Source: Candidatus Eiseniibacteriota bacterium | GTDB taxonomy: Bacteria; Eisenbacteria; RBG-16-71-46; JASEGR01 | Direction: 5' to 3' | DNA length: 64,000 nt | Assembly (NCBI GenBank): GCA_030017955.1 | Contig: JASEGR010000003.1 | Coordinates: 6,508 to 70,507 of the forward strand | Made by a program: the position numbers and the translations under genes | The notes under the pieces: generated by a model | What the model saw: the letters and a program-made list of their open reading frames with translations, nothing else | Told to the model about the DNA's origin: nothing | The model's database searches: none | Shown: in pieces, positions 18,324-28,056 of the stretch | Numbering within the stretch: the first letter of the stretch is position 1 | Layout: every line of letters begins with the position of its first letter

Positions 18324-20787
18324 AAACAGATTGCGTCTCGGGAAAGCCGGAGTCACAGTGGCCGAGCTTCTCGTCGTCATGGCGCTCCTTGCCCTTCTGC
18401 TTCTTTCTGTCTACAGGGTCTTGATAAAATCGGTTGAGTCTTCGATATCGGGACAGAGCCTGCAGGAGGTTGAGCAGCTGGCGAACATGGCGTCTCAGTG
18501 GATCGTGAATGACCTCAGACCGGCCGGCTACACTCTTGGTGTCGGCGACACGGCGTTTGCCCAAGCGACAACGGAGGAGATAGAGTTCCTGGGAGACATT
18601 GATGCCGATGGAACATCCGAAAGAGTCAAATACTATCTCGGCACTACCCAGGAGCTTTCCCGGACAATAAACCCAAGAGACAGATATCTGTACCGCTCGA
18701 TTGACGGCGAATCGCCTGGAAGAAGAGTTACGGAGGGAATTGTCAGCTTGCAGTTTGACTTCTTCGACAATGCAAGAGTATCTCTTCTGGACCATTCGGT
18801 GGAACCCCCGGCTGTGAGAGCTGATCCGTTTCTCGCCGACAAGAATGCAAACGGAATATCGGACGTCGTAGACATCAGGCTTGTTTCGGTTTCGATCCTG
18901 TGCGAGAGCGGAAAACAGGCTCCCAAGTCGGCTGGGAACTACTTCAAGACCACGGTCGTTACATCCGTCGCTCCTCCGAACCTTCCAATTCTTGCGCGTG
19001 GACTTAGGGGAACTGCTCCACCATCTGAGCCGGGGGGAGAAGGCGGCATGGTTCCAGCCTCGATTCTTTTCTCTGCCAGCCCTGAGACAATCATTGCCGA
19101 CGGGTTGAGCACATCAGAGCTCACCGCGCTGGTCACCGATCAGGCGGGAGTCGGCATAAGCGGCCTTACGGTTTCGATGACGGTGCTTTCCGGACCAGGA
19201 AATCTGGGAAATGTTGCAGACGCTGGAACCGGTGAATACGAGGCCACATTCATGTCCTCGGCCAGCATTGGCACCGCACTCATAGAGGCATCGACATCAG
19301 AACTTGCAGACACCACATCGGTCGTGCTTGTTCTGCCTGCCGCAAGCATCGGGCTTACGGCCGATCCTGACAGGATATTCGCGGATGGGAGCTCCACATC
19401 TATAATCAAGGCTTTTGTGAAGGATGCAAATGGCAATAGACTTGCTGGCGTGAACGTCAGAATGAGTTTCACACAGAGGGTCGGAGATGACGCCCTGTCT
19501 TCGGTGAGCTATCAATCATCTGATACCAGCTATGTTGCCACCTACACTAGCGCTACCAGACCCGGCGTGGCAACGATACTCTGCCAGGCAGAGGGGCTAA
19601 GCGGGACCGTCGATGTGCTCAACTACTGGTATCATGTGCTGCCGGTCAGCGAAAGGGTGCTGCACGTGAAGCTTGCCGACATTCAGGAAGACGTAGACCA
19701 AGACCTGGATATTTTCGTCGGAAGACCTTATCCCGCCTCTGAGATTGTGGTCTTCACCAATTCGGGAGCAGAAAACGGGCATATGAGGGAGTTCGGTGCC
19801 GTCTATTTCGACGCTCTCGATGCCCCGTTGGGGATGGCAGTCGAGAAGATGAGAGATGACAGGTTTGACGTGGTAGTCGCTACAGGTTCCAACAGCTACC
19901 AGAAGATGCAGGAGATCTTCAACGGTGACCCCAGGGGCACCCTGACATCTTCCACCATCTACGAAAGGTCTTTTGGAGGAAAGACGGTGTCTCTTGCAAC
20001 AGGGAAACTCTACTATCAAGCGGGAACGCCGGACAACTCTATTGACTGCGTCGTGGGCACAGATGCAGGACAATTTGAAATCTGGCTCAACGACGGCAGC
20101 GGGGGCAGGAATTCGCTTTTCTACAACAATACTTTTCCGAAAGGCGGGAGATTCTTGAGTGGCATCCCCTATGCGGTCAAGACAGGAGATGCAAGAGAGG
20201 ATGCTTCCGGGGATGTGGACATTTTCATAGGAGCAGGGACAAGTCTCGAGCTCTGGTTTGCCAACCCGGGTGCGGATTTCGGCAAACAGTCCAGCTCAAG
20301 GCCCAACGATGTCTTCGGTGAAGGAAGCAAGATTCTCAGCCTTGATGTGGGAGATATTGAAAAGGATGGCTATATCGACATCGTTGCGGGAGAGGAAAAC
20401 GGGGTGATTCAAGTTTTCAAGAACAATGGAAAAAAGAAGGCAGGCGATTTCATAAGGACGGGGCGCTTCCAGGCCGGCGGCAGTGTCTATTGTCTCAAGC
20501 TGTGTGATCTAAACAAAGACGGGTGGCTCGATCTGGTTGCAGGAACGTCAAATAACGAATTTGAGGTGAGACTGTCGAATGGAAACGGCTCCTTTCTTCA
20601 GCCGACTGCGTACGCTACAGCCATGTTCGGAGTCGTCAGCACCGTCGATTGCGGGGACATGAAGAAAGATGGAGGACAAGGCAACATAGATATAGTTGTC
20701 GGAGTGAACCTGTTCGCAGGGTTCGGGTTTGTTGAAATATGGTCCAACAATGGAAATGGCACCTTTCGCGGCCCGGATATACCGTGA
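18310..20787 (+). CDS. Giant prepilin-like protein (825 aa) with Ig-like (Big) repeats and FG-GAP/VCBS beta-propeller repeats; putative tip adhesin
   Basis: N-terminus KAGVTVAELLVVMALLALLLL is a class III signal with Glu at +5. The central region has repeated 'ADGSSTS...V.D' Ig-like segments. The C-terminus carries repeated D-x-D-x-D-G / 'DIDIVVG, DVDIFIGAG, YIDIVAGEENG, WLDLVAGTSNNE' FG-GAP-like motifs. Confidence 0.65.
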   Translation: MLHSRNRLRLGKAGVTVAELLVVMALLALLLLSVYRVLIKSVESSISGQSLQEVEQLANMASQWIVNDLRPAGYTLGVGDTAFAQATTEEIEFLGDIDADGTSERVKYYLGTTQELSRTINPRDRYLYRSIDGESPGRRVTEGIVSLQFDFFDNARVSLLDHSVEPPAVRADPFLADKNANGISDVVDIRLVSVSILCESGKQAPKSAGNYFKTTVVTSVAPPNLPILARGLRGTAPPSEPGGEGGMVPASILFSASPETIIADGLSTSELTALVTDQAGVGISGLTVSMTVLSGPGNLGNVADAGTGEYEATFMSSASIGTALIEASTSELADTTSVVLVLPAASIGLTADPDRIFADGSSTSIIKAFVKDANGNRLAGVNVRMSFTQRVGDDALSSVSYQSSDTSYVATYTSATRPGVATILCQAEGLSGTVDVLNYWYHVLPVSERVLHVKLADIQEDVDQDLDIFVGRPYPASEIVVFTNSGAENGHMREFGAVYFDALDAPLGMAVEKMRDDRFDVVVATGSNSYQKMQEIFNGDPRGTLTSSTIYERSFGGKTVSLATGKLYYQAGTPDNSIDCVVGTDAGQFEIWLNDGSGGRNSLFYNNTFPKGGRFLSGIPYAVKTGDAREDASGDVDIFIGAGTSLELWFANPGADFGKQSSSRPNDVFGEGSKILSLDVGDIEKDGYIDIVAGEENGVIQVFKNNGKKKAGDFIRTGRFQAGGSVYCLKLCDLNKDGWLDLVAGTSNNEFEVRLSNGNGSFLQPTAYATAMFGVVSTVDCGDMKKDGGQGNIDIVVGVNLFAGFGFVEIWSNNGNGTFRGPDIP

Positions 20788-20809
20788 ATTCTTAGAGGGA
20801 GGCACAACA

Positions 20810-22228
20810 ATGAATCTCAGAGAGAAGGGCATTGCACTCGTGACAGTTCTGCTCGTAGGTGTTTGCCTCTTTCTCTTCACCGCCGCTGCCGTCATCGTTG
20901 CTCAAAATGCGATGAGGCATGCAAGGAAGCAGGCAAACGAAACGAAGGTTCAGTATGTGGCCGAAGCCGGCCTTGAGAGAGCCCTGGCAAATCTAGCCCA
21001 AAATTCAAGCTGGCTCAACTTAGATCAAGGAGACCCGAACTTCAACGACGTGCCGTTCCAGCGGGGAATATTCGACGTCGATCCGATTATCGTTGATGGG
21101 AGCGACAGGATTGTCACTTCGCACGGATACATTCCTACAAAGGCAAATCCGCTCGCCGAGTTGACCGTGCGGGCAAGGGTCACGCCTGTTCCGCTGGCTT
21201 TTCGCCACGCACTCTTTTCGGCAGGGGAGTTCGAAGGTGAAGGCAGCGCTGGAACAATAGCGAGGGGATCTCTGTTTGCGTCGAAAGGATACACGCAGAA
21301 TTTCAACCGCTTCGTCTTTGACACAACCGCGGCAAAAGCAAATCAATATTTCATAGAGACACCTTCAAACCAAGTCGCACAGTCTCTTCTTTCGGATTAT
21401 GGTCCATATGTCAGATCCGGTTCCCAGGTGAATGATATATCGCTTCCGGACATAGACTATCTTGAGCTGACAAACCCAGGCAATTTCCCGGGGCAGGACG
21501 TTTACATGCTCACCCCTCCGACAATTGACCACCCTGAAGGTTCCCTGTGGACCGAGGGCGGGAAATACTACTATGCACTAGGCCCTTCATCTGATAAGGG
21601 AGAGAACAAGCTCTATCTCGATATTGCTCTGATCAACTCAACACTAGGGGGAACGTCGGAGACAGGGTCAATCGTTGCTGTGGATTTCGCGAGTTACTTC
21701 GACAGTTATCAGAGAATGGAGGATGAGCTTGTGATAACGAATCCAGGAGGGCTTCGCGGTGGATTAGCCACGACCTCATCCAGCATAGTCGCATACGCTT
21801 CACAGGGGGGAACGGCTACAAGGGACTGCGGGGCCGTGATCCAGGTCACAGGGGCCGATGTGACATTCGCCCCGAGAAACAGGTTTGCCCTTGTTGGCGG
21901 GGACATTAACATCATCAATACAAGCGGTACCGTAAAGATAGGAACTCCAACCTTCCCTGCCATTGCCTTCGGAACATCCACACTGCAGGGCTCCGGCACA
22001 GTTGACCTCTGGCCTGGTACATACCGGGGGGAACAAGGTCATATCGAGATCTACGGCTCCATTGTCTCTTCCAGCGATGTTGCGACAATTCACGGAAAGG
22101 GAAACGGGACCAGTGTGACGATCTGGTATGACGAAAGAGTCCTTGACAGCCAGGCTTCCGGCTTCCAGAAAGCCCTTATTGGCGGGGATTGCTATCTGGA
22201 GAGAAAGAGTATCGCAAGGATAAGGTGA
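20810..22228 (+). CDS. PilX-like minor pilin (PilX N-terminal domain) with large C-terminal domain
   Basis: The ATG at 20810 gives MNLREKGIALVTVLLVGVCLFLFTAAAVIVAQNAMRHARKQ, matching the PilX_N pattern. The ORF-track start at 20729 overlaps the upstream gene and is likely too early. Confidence 0.6.
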   Translation: MNLREKGIALVTVLLVGVCLFLFTAAAVIVAQNAMRHARKQANETKVQYVAEAGLERALANLAQNSSWLNLDQGDPNFNDVPFQRGIFDVDPIIVDGSDRIVTSHGYIPTKANPLAELTVRARVTPVPLAFRHALFSAGEFEGEGSAGTIARGSLFASKGYTQNFNRFVFDTTAAKANQYFIETPSNQVAQSLLSDYGPYVRSGSQVNDISLPDIDYLELTNPGNFPGQDVYMLTPPTIDHPEGSLWTEGGKYYYALGPSSDKGENKLYLDIALINSTLGGTSETGSIVAVDFASYFDSYQRMEDELVITNPGGLRGGLATTSSSIVAYASQGGTATRDCGAVIQVTGADVTFAPRNRFALVGGDINIINTSGTVKIGTPTFPAIAFGTSTLQGSGTVDLWPGTYRGEQGHIEIYGSIVSSSDVATIHGKGNGTSVTIWYDERVLDSQASGFQKALIGGDCYLERKSIARIR

Positions 22229-22647
22229 CACTGGACGGCGCTTGTTGGATGCCGACTTGCCGGGGATGTCCTTTCCCTCCTGCCGAAAATGTCGATCCTT
22301 CTTAGACTCGCTCACTCGAATTTGCGAACTCGGGCTTCGCCCTCAGACAGCGCAAATTCGTCCCTTTCAGGGTCGTTCTCTCGTCCAAGAAGGGAGTCCA
22401 GAGATTTTCAGAAGTCGGTTCAAGGACATCCCCGGGCCTCCCAGAGGACGGCGTGCTATCTCAAAGGGCCACCCCCTTTCCAACTTCTCATTGATTTAAT
22501 ACCCCTCCTGAGATTAGTATCGAATCCATGATGGATGCCTCGTTGATTGAACCCTGTGGCCCCGGCCGAGCACGCCCTCGCCGCAGAACTGTCCGGGAAG
22601 GCCAGAATTCATGGTCCTGCACCTATGTTCAATGAGGGCGGGCAAGA

Positions 22648-23211
22648 GTGAGGGTCACGGGGGGAAGTCTCAAAGGGAGAGAGCTGGCGGCCCCCAAGGG
22701 CAGAGCCGTGAGGCCCACCTCCGGGAAGGTCAGAGAATCAATCTTCAGTGTGATCGGGCCACGGATTGCCGGAAGCAGAGTCCTCGATCTCTTCTGCGGA
22801 GTCGGGACACTCGGCATTGAGGCAATGTCAAGAGGAGCAAGGGAAGCAGTCTTCCTCGAGACATCCCCGGCGGCATTGAAATTCCTGGAGCGGAATCTCT
22901 CGACTCTTGGCATTCGGGACGTCGCCAAAGTGATCAAGTCAGACTGCCGCAGTTTCCTGAGGTCGAAAGCACCGTGTAGGGAGTTCGACCTTGTCTTTGC
23001 AGATCCGCCCTATTCACTGAAGTGCGGCCGCGAGATCGTTGAGCTCCTTGAGGAGCAAGACATTCTTTGTCCCGGCGCGCTAGTCGTTTTCGAGCACTCA
23101 AGATTTGAGGATCTTCCGGACCGAACCGGCAAGCTTCTTCTTGCAAAGCGGAGACGGTTTGGTGATTCGGTTTTCTCTATCTACGAAGCAAGTGCCAAGG
23201 AGGGGAAATGA
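22648..23211 (+). CDS. rsmD: 16S rRNA (guanine966-N2)-methyltransferase RsmD
   Basis: MRVTGGSLKGREL N-terminus, SAM motif DLFCGVGTLGIEA and catalytic DPPY. Confidence 0.85.
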   Translation: MRVTGGSLKGRELAAPKGRAVRPTSGKVRESIFSVIGPRIAGSRVLDLFCGVGTLGIEAMSRGAREAVFLETSPAALKFLERNLSTLGIRDVAKVIKSDCRSFLRSKAPCREFDLVFADPPYSLKCGREIVELLEEQDILCPGALVVFEHSRFEDLPDRTGKLLLAKRRRFGDSVFSIYEASAKEGK

Positions 23212-23684
23212 GATCTGCGATTTTTCCCGGAACGTTTGACCCCGTAACAATGGGGCATCTTGACCTGATTGAGAGGGGCCTCAAGATGTTTGACAGAATC
23301 ATTGTCGCCGTTTCGAGCAAGCCTGACAAGGATTTGCTGTTCTCAGTTGAAGAGAGGGTCGAGATGATCAGGGAAGCAACCAAGGGCATGAAAAACGTTG
23401 AGGTCTCGCACTTTTCAGGCCTGCTTGTCGATTATGCAAGGAAGGCCGGGATTGAGATCGTGATACGCGGTCTCAGGGCTGTGTCCGATTTTGAATACGA
23501 GTTCCAGATGGCGCTTATGAATAGAAAGCTTTCAGGCTCTATCGAGGCGGTTTTCCTCATGCCGAGCGAGCAATACTCGTACCTGAATTCGACAGTCGTG
23601 AAGGAAATAGCGAGGATGGGCGGCAACGTCAGTGAACTCGTCCCGCCTTCAGTGGCAACAAGATTGAAGGAAAGATTGGGTTAG
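23208..23684 (+). CDS. coaD: Phosphopantetheine adenylyltransferase
   Basis: The N-terminus MRSAIFPGTFDPVTMGHLDLIER carries the T/HxGH nucleotidyltransferase motif. The 158-aa size fits coaD. Confidence 0.9.
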   Translation: MRSAIFPGTFDPVTMGHLDLIERGLKMFDRIIVAVSSKPDKDLLFSVEERVEMIREATKGMKNVEVSHFSGLLVDYARKAGIEIVIRGLRAVSDFEYEFQMALMNRKLSGSIEAVFLMPSEQYSYLNSTVVKEIARMGGNVSELVPPSVATRLKERLG

Positions 23685-23687
23685 AGT

Positions 23688-24701
23688 TTGAAGCTTATTC
23701 ACGACATATGGAAGAGGGCCAGGGAGAAGCACGCGAGGATTGCTCTTCCTGAGTCGGAGGACGAAAGGACGCTCAGCGCCATCAGCGAAGTCAGAGAGAG
23801 GGACCTCGCTGAAATCGTGCTAGTTGGCGACGGGAAGAAAATTGCAGGAAGAGTGGCTCAGGCAGGTATCGACCCAGCGTCTATTGAGATTATCGATCTT
23901 TCTTCGGAAGAATCGTACGAGAAATACCTGAAGCTAATGTTGGACCACGGCGCCCGTGGGAGAATTTGGGAGAAAGAAGTTCCCGAGCTCGCAAGGAATC
24001 CTCTTTTTGTTTCTGCACTCCTCTTGGACACGTTCCAAGTGGACGGCGTCGTGGCAGGGGTGAATACAAAATCATCAGATGTCATTCGTGCAGGTTTGAA
24101 ACTTATTGGTACTAAAGAACCTAACGGCCTAGTTTCAAGTTTCATGTTAATGATCTTGCCTGAGGGAGGACAAAACCCGGAGAGGGTGCTCCTGTTTTCG
24201 GATTGTGCCGTTGTTCCCGAGCCGACTCCGGAGGGACTTGCAACCATAGCCTTCTCATCTGCCCTGAGTTTCAGAGCAGTAGTTGGTGAAGAGCCCAGGG
24301 TTGCAATGCTTTCTTTTTCGACAAAGGGCAGCGCGTCTCATCCGCGAACGGATAAGGTGAGGGAAGCAACAGCCATCGCAAGGGACCGTCATCCGGACCT
24401 CGCCATAGACGGCGAGTTTCAGGCAGATGCTGCGCTCGTCCCGTCTGTGTGCAGGACGAAGGCCCCCGGCAGTGTTCTGAAGGGCGATGCCAACGTCTTG
24501 GTCTTCCCTGATCTTGACAGTGGAAACATAGCTTATAAGCTTGTGGAAAGACTTGCAGGTGCAAGGGCCTATGGCCCAATACTTCAAGGTCTCAAGAGGC
24601 CTCTGAATGACCTTTCACGCGGTGCAGATTCCGACGCAATAGTCAACGTGATAGCAATAACTGCTCTTCAGAAGGAGATAGTCAGAAGTGCCGACCTATG
24701 A
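23688..24701 (+). CDS. pta: Phosphate acetyl/butyryl-transferase (Pta family)
   Basis: 337 aa. The N-terminus [14 protein letters not shown] and the C-terminal ...[25 protein letters not shown] are Pta/PTA_PTB family-type segments. Confidence 0.7.
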   Translation: MKLIHDIWKRAREKHARIALPESEDERTLSAISEVRERDLAEIVLVGDGKKIAGRVAQAGIDPASIEIIDLSSEESYEKYLKLMLDHGARGRIWEKEVPELARNPLFVSALLLDTFQVDGVVAGVNTKSSDVIRAGLKLIGTKEPNGLVSSFMLMILPEGGQNPERVLLFSDCAVVPEPTPEGLATIAFSSALSFRAVVGEEPRVAMLSFSTKGSASHPRTDKVREATAIARDRHPDLAIDGEFQADAALVPSVCRTKAPGSVLKGDANVLVFPDLDSGNIAYKLVERLAGARAYGPILQGLKRPLNDLSRGADSDAIVNVIAITALQKEIVRSADL

Positions 24702-24951
24702 GTACGAATGCCCCCGGTGCGGGCGCATGTTTGAATTGTTTACGTCCATGCTTGATGAGAAGGAAAAGCGATGTCCAAAATGCAGGGGAATCGGGAAGAA
24801 GCTTCCTGGGTCGGGAGCGGGGTTTATATTCAAGGGCAGCGGATTCTACTCGACAGACTATAGAAGCGAGAAATATCACAAGGAGAAAGAAAAGGAAAAG
24901 GGACCGTTGAAGGAGACGAAATCAGAAAAGAAAAAGAAATTAGACAAGTAG
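24688..24951 (+). CDS. FmdB-family zinc-ribbon protein
   Basis: GTG start. [12 protein letters not shown]...RCPKCRG carries the CxxC-N19-CxxC FmdB motif. The C-terminus is a KEKEK low-complexity tail. Confidence 0.75.
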   Translation: MPTYEYECPRCGRMFELFTSMLDEKEKRCPKCRGIGKKLPGSGAGFIFKGSGFYSTDYRSEKYHKEKEKEKGPLKETKSEKKKKLDK

Positions 24952-26333
24952 AGAATAGCCTGAGGTCGGCCCTTGAGCCGTCAGCCGTTCTTTCGTCTCG
25001 GGAGGAAAGGATCTGCTATTCGTTTGATGCAACGACACTGTCCCGCCTGCCCGACCTCGTAGCACTTCCTTCCACAACTGAAGATGTACAGGCAATTCTG
25101 AGGATTTGCCGGAAGTACAGAGTCCCAGTCACTCCCAGAGGGGCCGGAACCGGCATGAGCGGAGGTTCCGTGCCAATCGAGGGCGGCGTTGTGGTCTCGA
25201 TGGAAAGGATGAACAGCATTCTCTCGCTTTGTCCAGAGGAAAACAAGGTGACCGTCGGACCTGGACTGATAAACGGAGAACTGCAAAAAGTGCTGATGGA
25301 GCGGGGACATTTCTTCCCGCCAGACCCGTCGAGCATGGATTTCTCAAGCATCGGGGGAAATGTTGCACTCAACGCAAGCGGCCCGAGGTGCTTCAAGTAC
25401 GGCGCGACCAAACGCTACGTCGAGGCCTTCGAGTTCGTCACGATCGAGGGTGACGTCCTGGAGGTCGATGCGCGAAATCCCTTACCGGGATTGGGAGATA
25501 TGCTGTCGATTCTTGTGGGGAGCGAGGGCACGCTGGGAGTCCTTACCCGGCTTGATCTCAGGACGGTGCGCCTCCCCGAGATGACAACGTGTTTTCTGGC
25601 AAATTTCAAGGACTTCTCGCATGCAGGAGGAACGGTATCGGTGTTTCTTTCTCAGAAAGTGATCCCATCGGTCATCGAAATAATCGACGGGAATACCGTA
25701 AGATGCGTGGAGGAGTTCGCAAGGACAGGTCTGGCATCCGGCGATGGGACTTTGATGCTGGTTGAGGTTGACGGCCCGGAAGATGAGGTCAGAAGTGGAA
25801 GTTCTGCAGTCGAAGAGATTCTCCGGTCTTCGGCCACGTATGTCAGGAGGGCAGAGGAAAAGGGAGAGAGGGATAAGTTGTGGAAACTCAGGAAGTCGAT
25901 TTCTCCCTCACTTGCGAGGATCGGCCCGACCAAAATAAACGAGGATGTGTGTGTGCCGAGAACGAAAATTCCGGAGCTCGCCAGCGCAGTCGATAAAATG
26001 ATAAAGAAGTATGGATTGAAGATCTTTCTTTTCGGTCACGCCGGAGACGGGAACATTCACGTTAATATAATGACTGACAGGAGAAACCTTGATGAAATGA
26101 AGCGTGTAGAAGAGGCAGTGCGGGTTTTGTTTGACACCACGCTGTCCCTTGGAGGGACTCTCTCCGGGGAACATGGCATAGGTCTTACGAAGAAGGAATT
26201 TCTCAAGGACGAGGTTGGGGAATATGGTATGATGGCCTTCAGGAAAGTGAAAGACGCATTCGACCCGGCGGGAATGCTCAATCCAGGAAAGCTCCTTGAC
26301 TCAACCCGATTTGACAGGGGTTGCCACGTCTGA
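24921..26333 (+). CDS. FAD-binding oxidase (GlcD / D-lactate dehydrogenase family); start codon non-canonical (ATC 24921, ATT 24939 or CTG 24960); first ATG only at 25155
   Basis: The FAD-binding PCMH domain (PDLVALPSTTEDVQAILRICRKYRVPVTPRGAGTGMSGG) is encoded upstream of the ORF-track ATG at 25155. The frame is open from 24864 and contains no ATG/GTG/TTG before 25155. AAGGAG lies 5 nt before the ATC at 24921. Confidence 0.6.
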   Translation: MRKEKEIRQVENSLRSALEPSAVLSSREERICYSFDATTLSRLPDLVALPSTTEDVQAILRICRKYRVPVTPRGAGTGMSGGSVPIEGGVVVSMERMNSILSLCPEENKVTVGPGLINGELQKVLMERGHFFPPDPSSMDFSSIGGNVALNASGPRCFKYGATKRYVEAFEFVTIEGDVLEVDARNPLPGLGDMLSILVGSEGTLGVLTRLDLRTVRLPEMTTCFLANFKDFSHAGGTVSVFLSQKVIPSVIEIIDGNTVRCVEEFARTGLASGDGTLMLVEVDGPEDEVRSGSSAVEEILRSSATYVRRAEEKGERDKLWKLRKSISPSLARIGPTKINEDVCVPRTKIPELASAVDKMIKKYGLKIFLFGHAGDGNIHVNIMTDRRNLDEMKRVEEAVRVLFDTTLSLGGTLSGEHGIGLTKKEFLKDEVGEYGMMAFRKVKDAFDPAGMLNPGKLLDSTRFDRGCHV

Positions 26334-26367
26334 TAGTCATCGTGATGCGCCGGAGACTGCATGATCC

Positions 26368-27354
26368 ATGTTCATCGACAGGGTGACAATTGAAGTTGAG
26401 GCAGGGAGAGGAGGAGACGGCTGCGTAAGCTTCAGAAGAGAGAAGTTTGTCCAAAAGGGAGGACCTGACGGTGGGAAGGGAGGGAATGGCGGAGACGTCA
26501 TTCTTGCCGGTGCACGGAATATCCATACTCTCCTGGATTTCAGATGGAGGAGAATCTTCCGGGCAGAGAGGGGCGGCCACGGCAAGGGGAAAAATATGAC
26601 CGGAGCGTCCGGAAAAGAACTTGTTCTTGGGATTCCCCTGGGCACAGTGGTGGAGGACGTGGTGACGCAGGAATTCCTTGGCGAGATAGTAAAGGAAGGC
26701 GACAGGCTCCGGGTTGCGAAGGGCGGGACTGGCGGAAAGGGAAACGTAGCGTATCGGACTTCCACCGACCGCGCACCCACGCGGAGGGAGCATGGCACCG
26801 ATGGAGAGAAGAGGAATCTCAAACTCGAGCTCAAGCTGATAGCGGATGTGGGAATAGTAGGTCTTCCGAATGCAGGGAAATCTTCACTCCTGAGAAGGGT
26901 GTCCCGTGCGACTCCCAAGATAGGCGACTATCCGTTCACGACTACACATCCGAATCTGGGATTTGTCGGAGCCGGCAATTCCGGGGGTTTCGTTATGGCG
27001 GATATTCCGGGGCTCGTAGAAGGCGCCCATCGCGGAAAAGGAATGGGCCTCGATTTTTTGAGACACATCGAGCGGACAAGGGTTTTGCTCTTTCTTCTTG
27101 ATGGCGGCGCGGGTGACGTGACGCGCCAGTATGAAATCTTGAAAGAAGAGCTGAGCTCCTACGGAGAGAAGCTCCTTCAGAAACCCAGGGCGATCTGCAT
27201 AAACAAGATCGATCTTCTTCAAGAATCGCTTGATAAATTACCTGTAACGATTGACGATGAAAAGATATACAATATATCTGCCCTCACAGGGCAGGGAATA
27301 GGTGAGCTTGTGTCAGCACTGGGCGCTCTACTTGAATATGCCCGGGAAATCTGA
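26368..27354 (+). CDS. obg: GTPase Obg/CgtA
   Basis: MFIDRVTIEVEAGRGGDGCVSFRREKF is the Obg fold N-terminus with a Gly-rich region. G-domain motifs GLPNAGKSSLL, DIPGL and NKID. Confidence 0.9.
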   Translation: MFIDRVTIEVEAGRGGDGCVSFRREKFVQKGGPDGGKGGNGGDVILAGARNIHTLLDFRWRRIFRAERGGHGKGKNMTGASGKELVLGIPLGTVVEDVVTQEFLGEIVKEGDRLRVAKGGTGGKGNVAYRTSTDRAPTRREHGTDGEKRNLKLELKLIADVGIVGLPNAGKSSLLRRVSRATPKIGDYPFTTTHPNLGFVGAGNSGGFVMADIPGLVEGAHRGKGMGLDFLRHIERTRVLLFLLDGGAGDVTRQYEILKEELSSYGEKLLQKPRAICINKIDLLQESLDKLPVTIDDEKIYNISALTGQGIGELVSALGALLEYAREI

Positions 27355-27367
27355 CTAGGAGGAAAAC

Positions 27368-27988
27368 TTGGCAGACGAAAGGCTTCCGCTCAGCAGCACG
27401 CTGCGGTCTCTGAAGATGAGAGACCTTGAGGGTCAGCTCTCGGCCATTGCCGAGCTCAAGAGGGAGAAGAGCCCGAAATCACTTCAGACTCTCCTTGAGT
27501 TTCTCTGTGACGAAAGTTGGTTTCTCAGGGAAAAAGCTGCCGATGCTCTTATGGAGGTGGGCGCTTCGGTGGTGCCTGAACTTCTCAAGCTTGCCCAGAA
27601 CAGTCTTTGGTTCACGAGGGCATGCGCGGCGCGTATTCTTGGAAGGGCCGGCTCTCCCGAGTGTACTGCAAGGTTGGTCGAGCTTTTTGCGGACAGGAAT
27701 CGGACAGTCAGAGACTCGGCATTGGATGCCATTCTGGAACTTGCAGCTCAGGACGGGGGAGAGTCCCTGGCAATATCATTAGTCGCCATTCCGCCGGGGA
27801 TGAGGGAAACTTTCCTCGGGAGTCTCAGGAAGGCGAATGCGCCGTTTGCAGAGAAAGTTGTTGGAATGATGCAGGGGAGAAACCCTGCCCAGGACGGAAC
27901 GGCAGGCGTTGAACAAGAGAGAGAGTCTGAAATAATCGACGTTCGAGACATCATCTCGAGGCCCGGAAGTGACAAGCCGGCGCAATAG
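27368..27988 (+). CDS. HEAT-repeat (PBS lyase-like) protein
   Basis: Repeated 'R..AA.AL..G......L..LL.D' helical repeats (WFLREKAADAL, WFTRACAARILG, RTVRDSALDAI). Confidence 0.5.
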   Translation: MADERLPLSSTLRSLKMRDLEGQLSAIAELKREKSPKSLQTLLEFLCDESWFLREKAADALMEVGASVVPELLKLAQNSLWFTRACAARILGRAGSPECTARLVELFADRNRTVRDSALDAILELAAQDGGESLAISLVAIPPGMRETFLGSLRKANAPFAEKVVGMMQGRNPAQDGTAGVEQERESEIIDVRDIISRPGSDKPAQ

Positions 27989-28056
27989 CCGTCTTCTCTT
28001 GTAGAGCTTGGTCAGGCTTCTTCAGAATGTGATTCAGCACGGGGTGCGGGGCGGGG

